Below, piece after piece: positions 37,500 through 49,739 of a stretch of DNA of 60,209 nt. Position 1 is the stretch's first letter; every line of letters starts with the position of its first letter. Origin of the DNA: Octopus bimaculoides (Eukaryota); contig NC_068982.1 of the NCBI RefSeq assembly GCF_001194135.2, positions 97,004,688 through 97,064,896 of the forward strand, given 5' to 3'. The translations under genes and the position numbers were made by a program. The notes below the pieces were generated by a model, which did no database searches, was not told where the DNA came from, and saw only the letters and a program-made list of their open reading frames with translations.

Positions 37500-38180
37500 T
37501 ATTCATAAAAGAAAAAAACAAAACAAAAAACAATCCAGCTTTGTAAATGATCATCTTCGAATTTTTAAACATCTACACTTGACAAGCATCTACACTGTTT
37601 ATTCAGTCCAGTAAGAGTACTTTTACCTTTGTATATTGTTTCATGATATCAGATGCTCAATATCCTTCAATTATTTGCAAGCAGATCAAAGTTAGTTGAG
37701 CAATGTATGTGACTCTAAATTTGCCTCATTCCTTGGTTAAATTTAAACCTTTAACCATCTTCTTTCTCTTTTTACTTTCGTTCATCTAAAATAGATGTTA
37801 ATTATATTCCGTGCTTGGAATTTTAAAGGTTCTCCTTTTAAATTCCGTGGTTCTATTTATTAAAGATAAATATTCATCAGATATTTTTTTATGTTACTAT
37901 GTTTTTTTCTCTTTTAAAATATTTTCTGTATTAATAAGATGAAAATGGTTGATGTAATCAACTGTTAATTCTGAAAATAACACGATAAAACGTATGAACA
38001 TGAGGTTAACTGTAAGGTCACTAACCTTAATAAATATGTGTGCGCAAGTGTATACATATAACCATGAATACATACACACATAATACATACATACATACAT
38101 ACATATATGATGTCAATAAACTTAAAGGTGCGTGTGTGTGCGTGCTTGTATGTGTATATGTGTGTGTGTGTTTGCGTGCG

Positions 38181-38261
<81 letters not shown>

Positions 38262-38475
38262 AATACATTTCTAAATCTCTCAGAGAGATTTATGCAGTAG
38301 TGATGCGATAAAGTAGTTGTATGCTGTTAACTTAATGTGACAGTCCCATGAAGGGTATAATACTACTGCTATTTAGCTCTAGGAAGCAGCACCGCATCCT
38401 GTTGGCCTTGACACATTTCCTGTGTCCTTATGTTTCCAATGGGGAGACAAGCAACTCCACTTAGCTAAGCCTGCA

Positions 38476-38518
38476 TCCAGAGACATGTTTCTGAGTCTTT
38501 GCTCGTCATCAGTCTGGA
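38476..38518 (-). ncRNA. Minimal type I hammerhead ribozyme
   Basis: Exact reverse complement of 38789-38831. Confidence 0.8.
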
Positions 38519-38788
38519 GTAGCAATGGCCTGCTAGTTGGAGATGCCTCCCCCTTCTAAACATAAGAACACTGGAAATATGCCAAGGCCGACAGGAAGCG
38601 GTTCTGCATCCTAGGGCTAAATAGCAGTAGTATTATTCCCTTCATGGGACTGTCACATTAAGTTGACAGCATACAACTACTTTATCGCATCACTACTGCA
38701 TAAATCTCTCTGAGAGATTTGAAAATGTATTATTTCTACTATATGTTTACGAGAGCTTGACAGGCATCAACTAGCAGGCTATTGCTAC

Positions 38789-38831
38789 TCCAGACTGATG
38801 ACGAGCAAAGACTCAGAAACATGTCTCTGGA
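38789..38831 (+). ncRNA. Minimal type I hammerhead ribozyme
   Basis: UCCAGA-CUGAUGA-C-GAG(caaaga)CUC-A-GAAAC-AU-GUC-UCUGGA. Stem I is 6 bp, stem III is the palindrome ACAUGU, and predicted cleavage is after C38825. Confidence 0.8.
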
Positions 38832-39041
38832 TGCAGGCTTAGCTAAGTGGAGGTGCTTGTCTCCTCCTTGTAAACATAAGGACACAGGAAACGTGTCAAG
38901 GCCGACAGGAAGCGGTGCTGCTTCCTAGGGCTAAATAGCAGTAGTATTATTCCCTTCATGGGACTGTCACATTAAGTTGACAGCATACAACTACTTTATC
39001 GTATCACTACTGCATAAATCTCTCTGAGAGATTTAGAAATG

Positions 39042-39090
<49 letters not shown>

Positions 39091-39094
39091 CACA

Positions 39095-39972
39095 CACGTG
39101 GTCTGATCAATAAGTATCCGGACTGTTGCCATAATAACGAAGCTAAAGCATGCACAGTAAAGCCGCTTGGCAAAATTGACCTTGAACTCTACTGTGCATG
39201 CGCACGAAGTTTTATAATTCTAGCTCACTTCCGCTATTTACAGCAGTGCTTGGAAGGAAGGTGTGTAGCGTGTGATCGTCGAATTGACAGAGAAAGTTGT
39301 CATGACGATACTTGCTCAGAGGCTTACGCAAAGTTGTAGAAAGTGTATGAAGGAGAGTGTATGAGCCGCACACAAGTGTACGACTGGTTCACACGTTTTC
39401 AAGATGGCAAAAAAAAAAGTCGATATTGACAAACGTTCTGGGAGACGCGCAACCAGCAGAACTGAGAAAAACATCGCAGATGTGCGTGCAACTGTGAGGG
39501 GAAATCGTCGAATCACCATCCGTGAATTATCAGAGGATGTGCAGATTAGTTACGGTTCAGTACAGTTCATTATCACTGAAGATTTAGGTATGAGACGCGT
39601 GTCTGCCAAGTTTGTCCCAAAACTGCTTTCAGTTGACCAAAAATAAATACTCGGGCTTCAGTTGCACAAAATCTCATTGACTGTGTCGAGAACGATGAAA
39701 ACTTTTTGAAAATTTGCGTAGGCCTCTGAGGATGTATCATCAAGCATTTGGCAAAATTTGATGCAGATTTTCTGTTCAACTTTATCTGTCATGGTCAATG
39801 CGACGATCACACGCTACACACCTTCCTTCCAAGCACTGCTGTAAACAGCGAAAGTGTGCTAGAACGTCAAACCTTAGTGCGCATGCACAGTAGATGTCAA
39901 GGTCAATCTGTGCCAAGCGGCTTCACTCTGCATGCTTTAGCTTCGTTACTATGGTAGCAGTCCGAACACTGT
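39095..39972 (+). mobile_element. Mariner element with long (~200 bp) TIRs and a deleted transposase
   Basis: 39120-39285 is inverted at 39800-39970. ORF remnant RSGR...RRITIRELSEDVQISYGSV...LGMRRVSAKFVPKLLS is mariner HTH plus WVPxxL-like. Confidence 0.9.
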
Positions 39973-40482
39973 AAAATAGGTACATTAGACTGCCACTAAT
40001 CCGGCACTTATTCCGACTAAAAAAATTTCAAATAATTTCAAATTTCCCGGGTCGCCGAACCAACCGGCTGCAAAGATTTTTTATTCACTTCCCTCGCTTT
40101 CAGCTCATGCCAATGTGGTAAATAATGTAGTTCTTCGAGTCAATCGGCGTCTATTTCTAGCATGTGGTGCTACTCATTTGTGCCCGTATTATAATTATAT
40201 AATTATATATTTTGTGTGTGTATATATATATATACATGGCATGTATGTGTGTGTGTGTGTGTAAACAAGTAACAAGGATGTCCAGGTATCAATGCATTAC
40301 GGCCGTTTCAAGCGGTTCCGTTTAATCGATCAATCAAAATATTGCATCAATTTGAAACAAACCGTTGTCCTCAGAAGTAGATGATCATATAGATTTCCAA
40401 CGTAAAGGATAAACCATTTATAACAAATTTATATCAGTACTAGAAACCAAAAGGATTACATTGTTTCCTTATGTTATATATA

Positions 40483-41748
40483 CAGGTTGCAATGAATAAA
40501 CTGTCGTCTAAATTACGCAAAAATGAAAATAACCCTGATGTCTCATTTTAATAGATATATTTACCAAAATTACTTTAAAATATCTTCAGTAAATTTATTC
40601 AATAAAATCGTCATTGGCTTCAACTACGGCCTCCAGATGACTTCGGAGTCTCATGCAACTCTTCTGGAAAGTCTCCTTGTTTAAGTTGGTGAATGCTACC
40701 ATAATCCTTGCTTTCAGTTCATCTTTGGTGTTACAAGGAGTTTTGTCGGTCCCTTGCTCAACTGCGCCCCACACATAATAACTAAGGGTTTGCAGTCTGG
40801 GGAGTTAGGTGGTCAGATATTTGGAGTGGTGTGGTCGCAGAAATTGTCTGACAGCCATGATTAGGTTCTCCTGTTCGTGTGGCATGGTGCAGAGTCCTGT
40901 TGCCAGACATAGGGTCTTCCAGCAGCCACTCTCTTGATCCAGGACAGTACTACCTCATTCAGGCACTTGATGTAGGCTCCCGTGTTGAGTCTGAGGCGGT
41001 GTGGGGAGATGAATGGAGGCATTACGTCACCATCTCTGATGATTACACCAAACACCATGATGTTGACTGGATGTTTGATTTTTATCACTCTCGGTAGATG
41101 TTTTGGGGTCACGGTGAGCCAACAGTTGTTCTGTGTGTTCACCATCTGATCCCGGCAGAAAATTTTCTCGTCTGAGAAAAATCAAAGCATGTTCGGTTGG
41201 AGGGGATGTTTGAGTTTGTTCAAAAGCTTCGTAACGAGGTCCTTCCTCTTGTCCTTGATGGCTTGGGATAAAAGTGGGCGCTCTCTCATCTTGTATGAGG
41301 AATACCGAATATTTTCACGCACTACCTGCCTAATAAGAAACTCAGACACTCCCATGTCCCTGGCGATGGACCTGATCGACTTGGAGGGATCGTTGTCAAC
41401 CATGGCCTGGATCTCGCCAACAAATTCAGGAGTTCTTTTCTTATCAGAACGATCAGAGTGAGTTTTCCGAATTAGACTCATTCAACTCTTTCCGAATCCT
41501 CTGCACTGTCCTCGGATTGACACCCAAACACTCTGAAGTGTTCGTATTGAGCTTCCAGCGCGAATACCAAGCATCACAGCACGACGTTTCCAAATTTCTG
41601 GCAGAATGAATTGCGTCATGGTTCTGTTTTTCTCACAGACGGTGCTCAACTGGCCCTACTATACTGTGTAGCCAACAAAATCAAAAACAAACAATGCGCA
41701 TACGCGAAATTAAAAAATAAAATGGTGACAAGTTACCCATCGCACACC
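40483..41748 (-). mobile_element. Near-full-length degenerate maT/DD37D-like transposon
   Basis: KRTPEFV...DPSKSIRSIARDMGVS, KHPVNIMVFGVI, YVWQQDSAPCHT and PPNSPDCKPL motifs; ends homologous to the 8.9 and 17.7 kb copies. Confidence 0.85.
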
Positions 41749-41749
41749 C

Positions 41750-41834
<85 letters not shown>

Positions 41835-41843
41835 CATACATAC

Positions 41844-41921
<78 letters not shown>

Positions 41922-43029
41922 CATAAAAAGTCAGGAGGTATGAGAGATGACTATATTCCATCAGTTGATTTTGATAGGGTGACGGCCTTCATCATGTCAT
42001 AATAATTTTTATTTTGGTGTATAATAAAATCATTTTACATGTCTGCACAAATATACTTGTTATACATTGTATAGCACTATTGTACATTTACAAATCAATG
42101 CAGACAGAGAAGGCTAGCTCTTTAGATCAACAGAATATCCTGGTTACATCAATTTTTCAACTCTGTTTTATACATTCAAAAATCATCTTCAGATATAGAA
42201 TGTATAGAAGATCGATAACTGATAAAAATTTATTAAATAATCAATTATCAGTCTTCCATTTCAAGTCAGATAATAGGCGAAAAACCCTGTTTAGCCGGAC
42301 CTAATTTAGTTAGAAAAAATATAAATACGGAACTCAAGTTCGGTTCTACTTCTTTCGCTTGGCGCCTGGCTAAAGGAGCATTTCAGTAACGACTTGTCAC
42401 TGCGGGACAATTCAACTTTTACCCTCTCTACGTGTCAACACAGTGAAGTGAAATATTTTACTCATTCTCTCTTCTTGTCTCATCCGTTTTCCTAGTAGTC
42501 ATTCACAGATGAACTTAGCTACCTACAGAATGGATAACAGAAATGCAAATGATCTGTGTACAACTCAAAAAAGTTTATCTTTGTAACGATAAAATATCAA
42601 TTACTATTTTTCTTCTGTCATTTATTTGGAGTATACAAATTGCTAAAATTTTGGTGACCTTCTGACTCAAGAGTTGCAACCTCCTCTACGAAATGTTGCT
42701 TTACTATTAGAGTGAATGAAACAATGTTGCTTTACTATTAGAATGTATGAAACAATGCTAATTAAACATATGAAAATAAGCATAGATGTTTAGGACAAAA
42801 TTATGAAAATGATTTGGACAGACAAAGGGTTAACAGTGCTTATTTCTCCTTGAGAATTTTATACAAGCGCTGTGTTTACCATGACTCTTAACTCTTTGAA
42901 TCTTTCTAGCTTCTTCTTTCTAGTTCCAAACATTAGTAAACAAAATGTTATGAACTTTATATTGAATGTAAAGTGGATGATAAGGTTAAGTGTCATCCTA
43001 TACTTGTTGTGCAGCGACATCAGTAAGAC

Positions 43030-43460
43030 TACTTAAGAAGCTAGGTAAATTGCGCATCATATGCCATTTATCGTTTCTGTCTCGCAAGTAATTAAATAAC
43101 TTAATTTACCGTCTGCAATGAGACCAGTTCACTACAGTGCTCAACTTCCACCACCAAAATGTTCTGAGTACGCTACTTTACGCGACAACTAGTCAAAGGG
43201 AGTTGGAGATTATCATGAAGAAAAAGATGAAACTAGTTCTTCTAGTGCTAATATAGTGTGTTACTAACACAAGGAATGACCTAGTTCGTGACATGAATTG
43301 ATCTAAAAAGTTGGATAAAAATATTAGATTCAAGATTAAAGAGTTGGAATTAGCTACTGTGTGTTACTTTGGTTTGTGTCTTTCGTGGCCATCATGATGA
43401 ATTCAAAGAATGCTTTTGCCATGAAATTGGACTAGATACGTAAATGTTATTAACGTGTTT
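43030..43460 (+). mobile_element. Degenerate transposase remnant, probably CMC/Chapaev3-like
   Basis: LNLPSAMRPVH...LPPP, NDLVRDMN*SK, ILDSRLKSWN. These resemble the recalled YPNLPSAIRPV.H and LNDLVRDL.LSK..AELL.SRLK.WN motifs. Confidence 0.55.
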
Positions 43461-44148
43461 AAATTCAACACACAAAAAAAATACTACATGAATCAGGTAT
43501 TTTCTTGTTTGGGACACAAATTTTTCTTTCTATTCTTTTTCTTTTTGTTCCTCAACTCTAGATTAAACCAGAAATTCTATTAAATAGAATATATGTAATT
43601 GAAAAATAAAACAAAGAAACAAGTTTTCTGAAGTCTTGTAGGAATCAATATTCTGTTTTAATAAGCAGGATTCAGGTAAATTATTATTTGTTCTTGCTAA
43701 GTCAAGTAATTTATTATTAGTTTTAGTATTGTATGTACTACTTATTCTTGTATATTAGTTTCAAATTTTGGCTCATGGTCAGCATACTTTAATTGATGAA
43801 ATAGGTAACAAGTCTTTAGATGATTTGTTTGTATCATGGTTGTGAAGCCATCTAAATATGATTCTATTCAGAAGGCTGTTATATCATTTGACAGGAACAC
43901 GGTATGAAGAATACATAAAACAAGGCTGTAACCTTAAATATCTTTAATGCGGCCACACGTATATATGCAAGCTGAATGATAAATGGAAATGGTTTGATGC
44001 GTGGAGGCCATGATCTTCTCTTGTGCGTTACCTCCTGCCTGCTAGTCGCCGCGTGTCGTGAGAGAGCCAGTTGGGTCACGTCTTCGCAATCTGGCGTCTC
44101 GATGCAAAAAGAGAAAGTTACAAGGCTTCGCGCCAGAATCTCACGCTC

Positions 44149-44167
44149 TAGCGCCATCTAGTGCCAG
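44149..44167 (-). promoter_or_regulatory. CTCF-like motif
   Basis: Minus strand ctggCACTAGATGGCGCTA matches the CCACYAGRKGGCGC core, in a CpG-rich patch. Confidence 0.3.
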
Positions 44168-44654
44168 TTCGTTTAAACCCGCTGTCAAGGGAAGTAACTG
44201 CGCCTACAAGACTTTATTCGTAAGTAACTGGCTTCCTATCTAAAGCAAAGGCACACAACAGGATTCACGAAAGTATAAGTTTGATTTAATAGATATACGA
44301 TTTTTAAGTGTCTAAAACATGATGCGAACTCATCGCGGAATTGTTATATTTCAGTACATTATTTATTAAACAATTGGAATGACATGCTTACTCGTCCACA
44401 TTAAGGAATAAAATAGAAATGAACTTCGTAAATGTTTAAAATGAAATGTCACCCTGTTATCATTCCACCACGGCCAATCCCACCCTCAATTGGTTTTCAA
44501 GTGTAAGACCTTTGTACTTATGCATCGAGACCTTTGTAAAGGAATCAACAATATTCGAGCGATACACGTCATCTTCGACAGAAATAAGCATAACATTAAC
44601 ATTGACATATTCACTGCCATTGTTCTAAAACGTATGCTGATTCTGAAACACAGA

Positions 44655-45150
44655 GGCCTAACTGCAAGATATTCAGTTAAGGATTACACGTAAGCGGCCA
44701 CAGTTTCACGTGATTGATCTATAAATCGACTAATCAGCGCGAAGCTGTGGCGTTATAGAGTTCTTCATATGATCTAAAATTCTTCTCCTTTCAGACTATA
44801 AAAACCGTTTGATGGCTTCGGGCATTCGTGCAGACTATCTTGACTAATCACAGAAGGCTGACCGCTAAGACCAGACAACCTCGCGCAAAAAATGACTTTG
44901 GACACTCACACACGATGTATCCCAGCTAGCCTTTTATAGACACGGCGAGGTTCTCTCATCCTAGTTAGCGGTTATATTATCAATACCTTCCTTTTGTAAA
45001 CAGCCAACGCAGTAAATCATGTCCAACAATAAATATGTAAAAGTTAAAAGCTCATGAGTAGCTTCATTTATTTTACACGCAGTCAGCTAAACCCACAACA
45101 ATGGTAACAAAGCATTAACAGATATTTTGCTCTTGTAATAAATACACCTC
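44655..45150 (-). mobile_element. Diverged relative of the Helitron upstream non-coding segment at 32815-33340
   Basis: Shared blocks such as ggacatgatttactgcgttggctgtttacaaaag and gtcgatttatagatcaatcac in the opposite orientation. Confidence 0.65.
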
Positions 45151-45386
45151 AGTATAGACAAATTAATTATGTTATGCACCTTGTTGGTATATAACTAATC
45201 AACGAGCCAAAGAAGAAGCGCCTACGCCAGGAGAGAGGAAACACTTGTCTACGGTTCGAAGTTTCTCTTGCTTTCAAATTTGAATATACCCACTGGCAAA
45301 ATTAGATAAAAACCCGTACAATAAAAATGCCGAGTAAGTTTTAAGATCAAAATCGTATTTTAAAATAAGTGGATTTTAAAGCTGTA

Positions 45387-45864
45387 CAGTAACCCTTCGA
45401 CTATCGCGGATGTTACGTTCCAAAACCTCCCGCGATATGTGAAAATCTGCGAAGTAGAAACAGTACTGTATATATATATATATATATATATGTTTATCAT
45501 TTTTATAATTTGTATATATTTATTTTATTATAAATGCAAGACAATACCACACACTCGCCTCCCGAGTTTCGTTTTCCATACAGTAAGTGCGATTCTTTGT
45601 TTGCTCATCTACGATACACTACGTATTTTCTTTTAATATATTTTAATTAATGTGTTATACAGTGCAGTACTGTACTCTATTTTTATTTATTAATTTTTAG
45701 GCGTAGAAAATGCTTATTTTACCACAAAAATAATTAAAATCTAAAAAAGTCTAAATACCTATCGACCGCAGGAGTCCGCGATATAAATTTACATATATTA
45801 GCCTGAAAAATCCGTGATGTACTGAGTGGTGGTAGGTGAACCGCGATATGGCGAAGGATTACTC
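45387..45864. mobile_element. Tigger/pogo-type MITE
   Basis: TA-cagtaacccttcgactatcgcgg...ccgcgatatggcgaaggattactc-TA. Confidence 0.75.
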
Positions 45865-46291
45865 TAGTGTTTATATTTCGGCGCTGAATTGGCAAAGTCG
45901 TGAAAGTGTTGGCCAGGGTAAAGCATTTCCCCTTACTCTCTGNNNNNNNNNNACTAATTCAGAATTGTAAAGGCGTTGGATGGAATATTTGGCGGTATCT
46001 GTTCTGGATCAGGGCATTCTGAATTCAAATTCAGCCCCCTTACCGAAAAACGTCAAAACTTCTGTCGAGTTGTGGCCGATAATTACTAATAGTAAAACCA
46101 ATGGAAATATAACTTTCTTGATGCAGTCGGAAGATAAACTGCCACCAACACCTTGCATCTTAATGAAAGGATTGGCAAAGCTGCGTGGGGCTGATGATAC
46201 GGCAACTTTTAGTTGGTTGAAAGGATTAGTATATGTGGTTATTAGCTAAATTCCATGTTGAAAAAAGGAAAAAAACAAAACAAAAAAAAAC

Positions 46292-46670
46292 ATGCGCAGG
46301 AGTGGCTGTGTAGTAAGTAGTTTGCTTACCAAGCACATGGAACCTTGTTTATTCTCACTCTATGCCTCGGGTTGACCAAAGCCTTGTGAGTGGATTTGGT
46401 AGACGGAAACTGAAAGAAGCCCGTCGTATATATGTATATGTATGTGTGTGTCTATGTTTGTGTGTCTGTGTTTGTCCCCCGAACATCGCTTGACAACCGA
46501 TGGTGGTGTGTTTGCATCCCCGTAAATTTAGCGGTTCGGCAAGAGTTACCGATACAATAAGTACTAGGCTTACAAAGAATAAGTCCTGGGGTCGATTTGC
46601 TCGACTAAAGGCGGTGCTCCAGCATGGCCGCAGTCAAATGACTGAAAAAAGTATAAGATTAAAAGAGTAA
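46292..46670 (+). mobile_element. SINE family A (CpG-intact)
   Basis: Family A head, body and tail, with a deletion in the head region. Confidence 0.85.
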
Positions 46671-47435
46671 AATACTACCAGTAAGTAGTAGAAAGCAGTG
46701 ATGTTATTTTCAATGTATGATTTGCCAAAAGTAGATATTTTCAATATCTACGTAGAATTTATAAAATTCCAGAATAGATGTGTTGCTAAATTTCAATATC
46801 TACTAAGTATCATTCGATTATGAGAGAATTAACCCGTGTTACCAAGAGTCAGGAGCTTCATTTGGCTTCATATCAAAAACAGTTTCACATATTCGTGGTC
46901 CTAGCTTATGATTTGAATTTCGAAACCACTTTTAAAATTGATCTCGTAGAATGACTGCCCTGTAGCATTCTTCCCCAAAAGATTCCAGTTTCTGTTAATT
47001 CCTGCTTGTAAAGTGTCCCATGCAGTGGGTTTTGCTTTTTTTAAATATATATTTTCTTCAGTTGAGTTACGAACAACTGCACCAGTAATTCAGTGCTGCT
47101 AATATGAGCAAGAAGAGAGGTAATAAGTTAATCCGGTCTTTATAGTTTTGTAGTGAGATATGAAAGCACTACTTTGTCGTGGTAGCACAGCACAGTCGTG
47201 TTATGCTCATTTGATCCATTTATTGCTGGCTGCGGAAGGATACATGTGAAAACTTCCGCCCAGCAGTAAAACGCGCCTTTTCCAAAGAGCTAAAACAGTT
47301 GCAGCATTGGCGGCGAGGACACAACATTACTTTCTACAACGTGGCACCTGTTTTATGTTTACCACCAGCTTAATCGGCTGCAGATTTAACGGCCTTAGTG
47401 CTACGTCAATCTTTCTGTTATGCATTTATTAGTTG

Positions 47436-47785
47436 GCACTCCGTCGCTTACGACGTCGAGGGTTCCAGTTGATCCGACCAACGGAACAGCCTGCTCGTGA
47501 AATTAACGTGCAAGTGGCTGAGCATTCCACAGACACGTGTACCCTTAACGTAGTTCTCGGGGATATTCAGCGTGATAGTGTGACAAGGCTGACCCTTTGA
47601 ATTACAGGCACAACAGAAACAGGAAGTAAGAGTGAGAGAAAGTTGTGGTGAAAGATTACAACAGGGTTCGCCACCATCCCCTACCGGAGCCTCGTGGAGC
47701 TTTAGGTGTTTTCGCTCAATAAACACTGGGAATCGAAACCGCGAGTCCGCTGCCCTAACCACTGGGCCATTGCTCCTCCACTCAC
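47436..47785 (-). mobile_element. tRNA-derived SINE family C
   Basis: Minus-strand A box tggcccagtgg, B-box-like ggtttcgattcc and tail gcgacggagtgccaac. Second copy at 54150-54425. Confidence 0.8.
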
Positions 47786-48997
47786 GCGTGAATAACACTA
47801 AAGGAATAAATCACTATATTTTATTACCAACTCACCTTCTGATGTTTGTTTATACATTCACGTCATACACGTTATAGTGGTACCCGTTAAATTGGTGGCT
47901 ACCTATCCACTGCACTGTGTCCACCATTGGTGACCTTTCCACGTATTATCTTATTGCTAAAGTTTCAAACTTACATTTATGTCACTTGAGATATCGATAA
48001 AAAATGCTCAGTCCTATTAACCATTTTTGATTCTTTAATTCTTTAACATTCATGAAAAGTTTCACTTCATGTTTTAGCACATAGAAGAGCTTGGACATTT
48101 AGTCTTTGCTTAGCTAATAATCCTCTTAATGTTACAATAAATCATCATATACCGCGTTTAGGTCCTCCAAAATTTCTTTAAATTTTTTGTTATTGAATTT
48201 CTTATCTTTTTCTTTTAAGTTAATACGTTTTCTTTCTACTTTCTTTACATTGTTCAATCTTAAAAAAAAACATCCATGTAAATTTTATTAGTGAATAAGA
48301 GAACGATTTGTAGAGTTCATGCTATCGTTCGACTAGCTCGATAAACAGAAAGACAAGATAGTTAAAGATGGAATGTCTTTAATCATGGCTTTGCTCCATC
48401 GACTGGCGCAGAGCTAAACAACCGCTAAGTTATCTCAAGGTCAAATCAAAATCAAAACATCAGCTTATGTAAAGAAGGTTCAAAACGATTACATTTTATC
48501 AGCGCTGCAAGTATCAAGGAACTGATAAACATTCGTATGCATAATCCCCGTTTAAATCTCGATAGTAATATTCTTCTGATAACAAATAGGACAAACCACA
48601 ATCTACGTACGTTGAAAACAAATATCTTCTGAAATAATTAGATATTGAAAGAAGTTATCTTCCCACAAAGAAACAGTTTCGATCTGTTTTACAAAATTGG
48701 AAGATGCCTTTTTATAATTCTTATTTAACCAAAGAGATTAAGCTTCTATTACTGAAGCAAAAAAAATTCTCCCCGGCAACTCTTTTCCTTTTATTCATAC
48801 TAGCCATTGCAGAACAGGTTGTTTCTATGCAGTTTACAATATTAATTTAAAACTTCACCAAGGTCGACTTTGCCTTTCATCTTTTTTTGGGGTCGATAAA
48901 ATAAGTACCAGCGCTGGGGTCGATGTTATCGACTTACCCCGTTCCCCGAAATACCTGGCCATGTGCCAAAATTTGAAACCAATATCAATTTAAGACT

Positions 48998-49215
48998 TAA
49001 GGCGGTGAGCTGGCGGAATCGTTAGCACGCCGGGCAAAATGCTTAGCAGTATTTCGTCCGTCTTTACATTCTGAGTTCAAATTCCACCGAGGTCGACTAT
49101 GTCTTTCATTCTTTCGGGGTCGATAAAATAAGTACCAGTTGAATACTGGGGTGGATGTAATCGACTTAGCCCCTCTTCCGAAATTGCCGGCCTTGCCCCA
49201 ACATTTGAAATCAAT
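48998..49215 (+). mobile_element. SINE family B (CpG-intact)
   Basis: aaggcggtgagctggcggaatcgttagcacgccggg...ggggtcgataaaataagtacc. Confidence 0.85.
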
Positions 49216-49739
49216 TTTAATTTAAGGCTTACAACAGCAGTAGGTAAATGAATTGTAAAAATGCTGCTAGCATTCAAAATTATTACAATTCATTAGTAAA
49301 GACAATAACCAATAATCAGTCTAGACATAACTTAGTTTCATACTGACTATTCATTCTCATTCACAATATTTAACAAGACAAAAAAAAAAAAAAAATCCGC
49401 CAGCGGGGTGGTTGGTGGGAACGAAAACAACAACAACAGTATAATAATATGAATTGGCTGTAATAAAGGTCTAACTATTATGTTACCAATTCTGGTGTAT
49501 TCCGACTCATGATTACCATCAGACGATAAGCATTGGTGGTGGTGGCAGTCAATATTTCGAGGATCGGAAGAAATACCACATAGTATTCTGTCTAACACTC
49601 TAACGACTTTCTTTAAGATGCAAAGGAAGAACATTATACATATATATTATATATATCACGCGATTTTGTCCCAAACAGGGTTTGAGGCCATTGTAGTGTA
49701 AGGGACTTCAAAAGAAGGAAAAGAGGTGGCCTACAAATT

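Larger units (their letters stand above)
38260..39047. mobile_element. Fold-back element 3 with two intact hammerheads (inverted arm + partial unit + full 314 nt unit)
   Basis: 38260-38548 is the reverse complement of about 38763-39047. 38565-38735 directly repeats the distal part of the unit (ggccgacagg at 38586 and 38900). Confidence 0.85.

Noticed and set aside
47700-47785. tRNA gene
   Set aside because: The A/B-box-like head continues into a SINE body present twice in the window, and there is no full cloverleaf.
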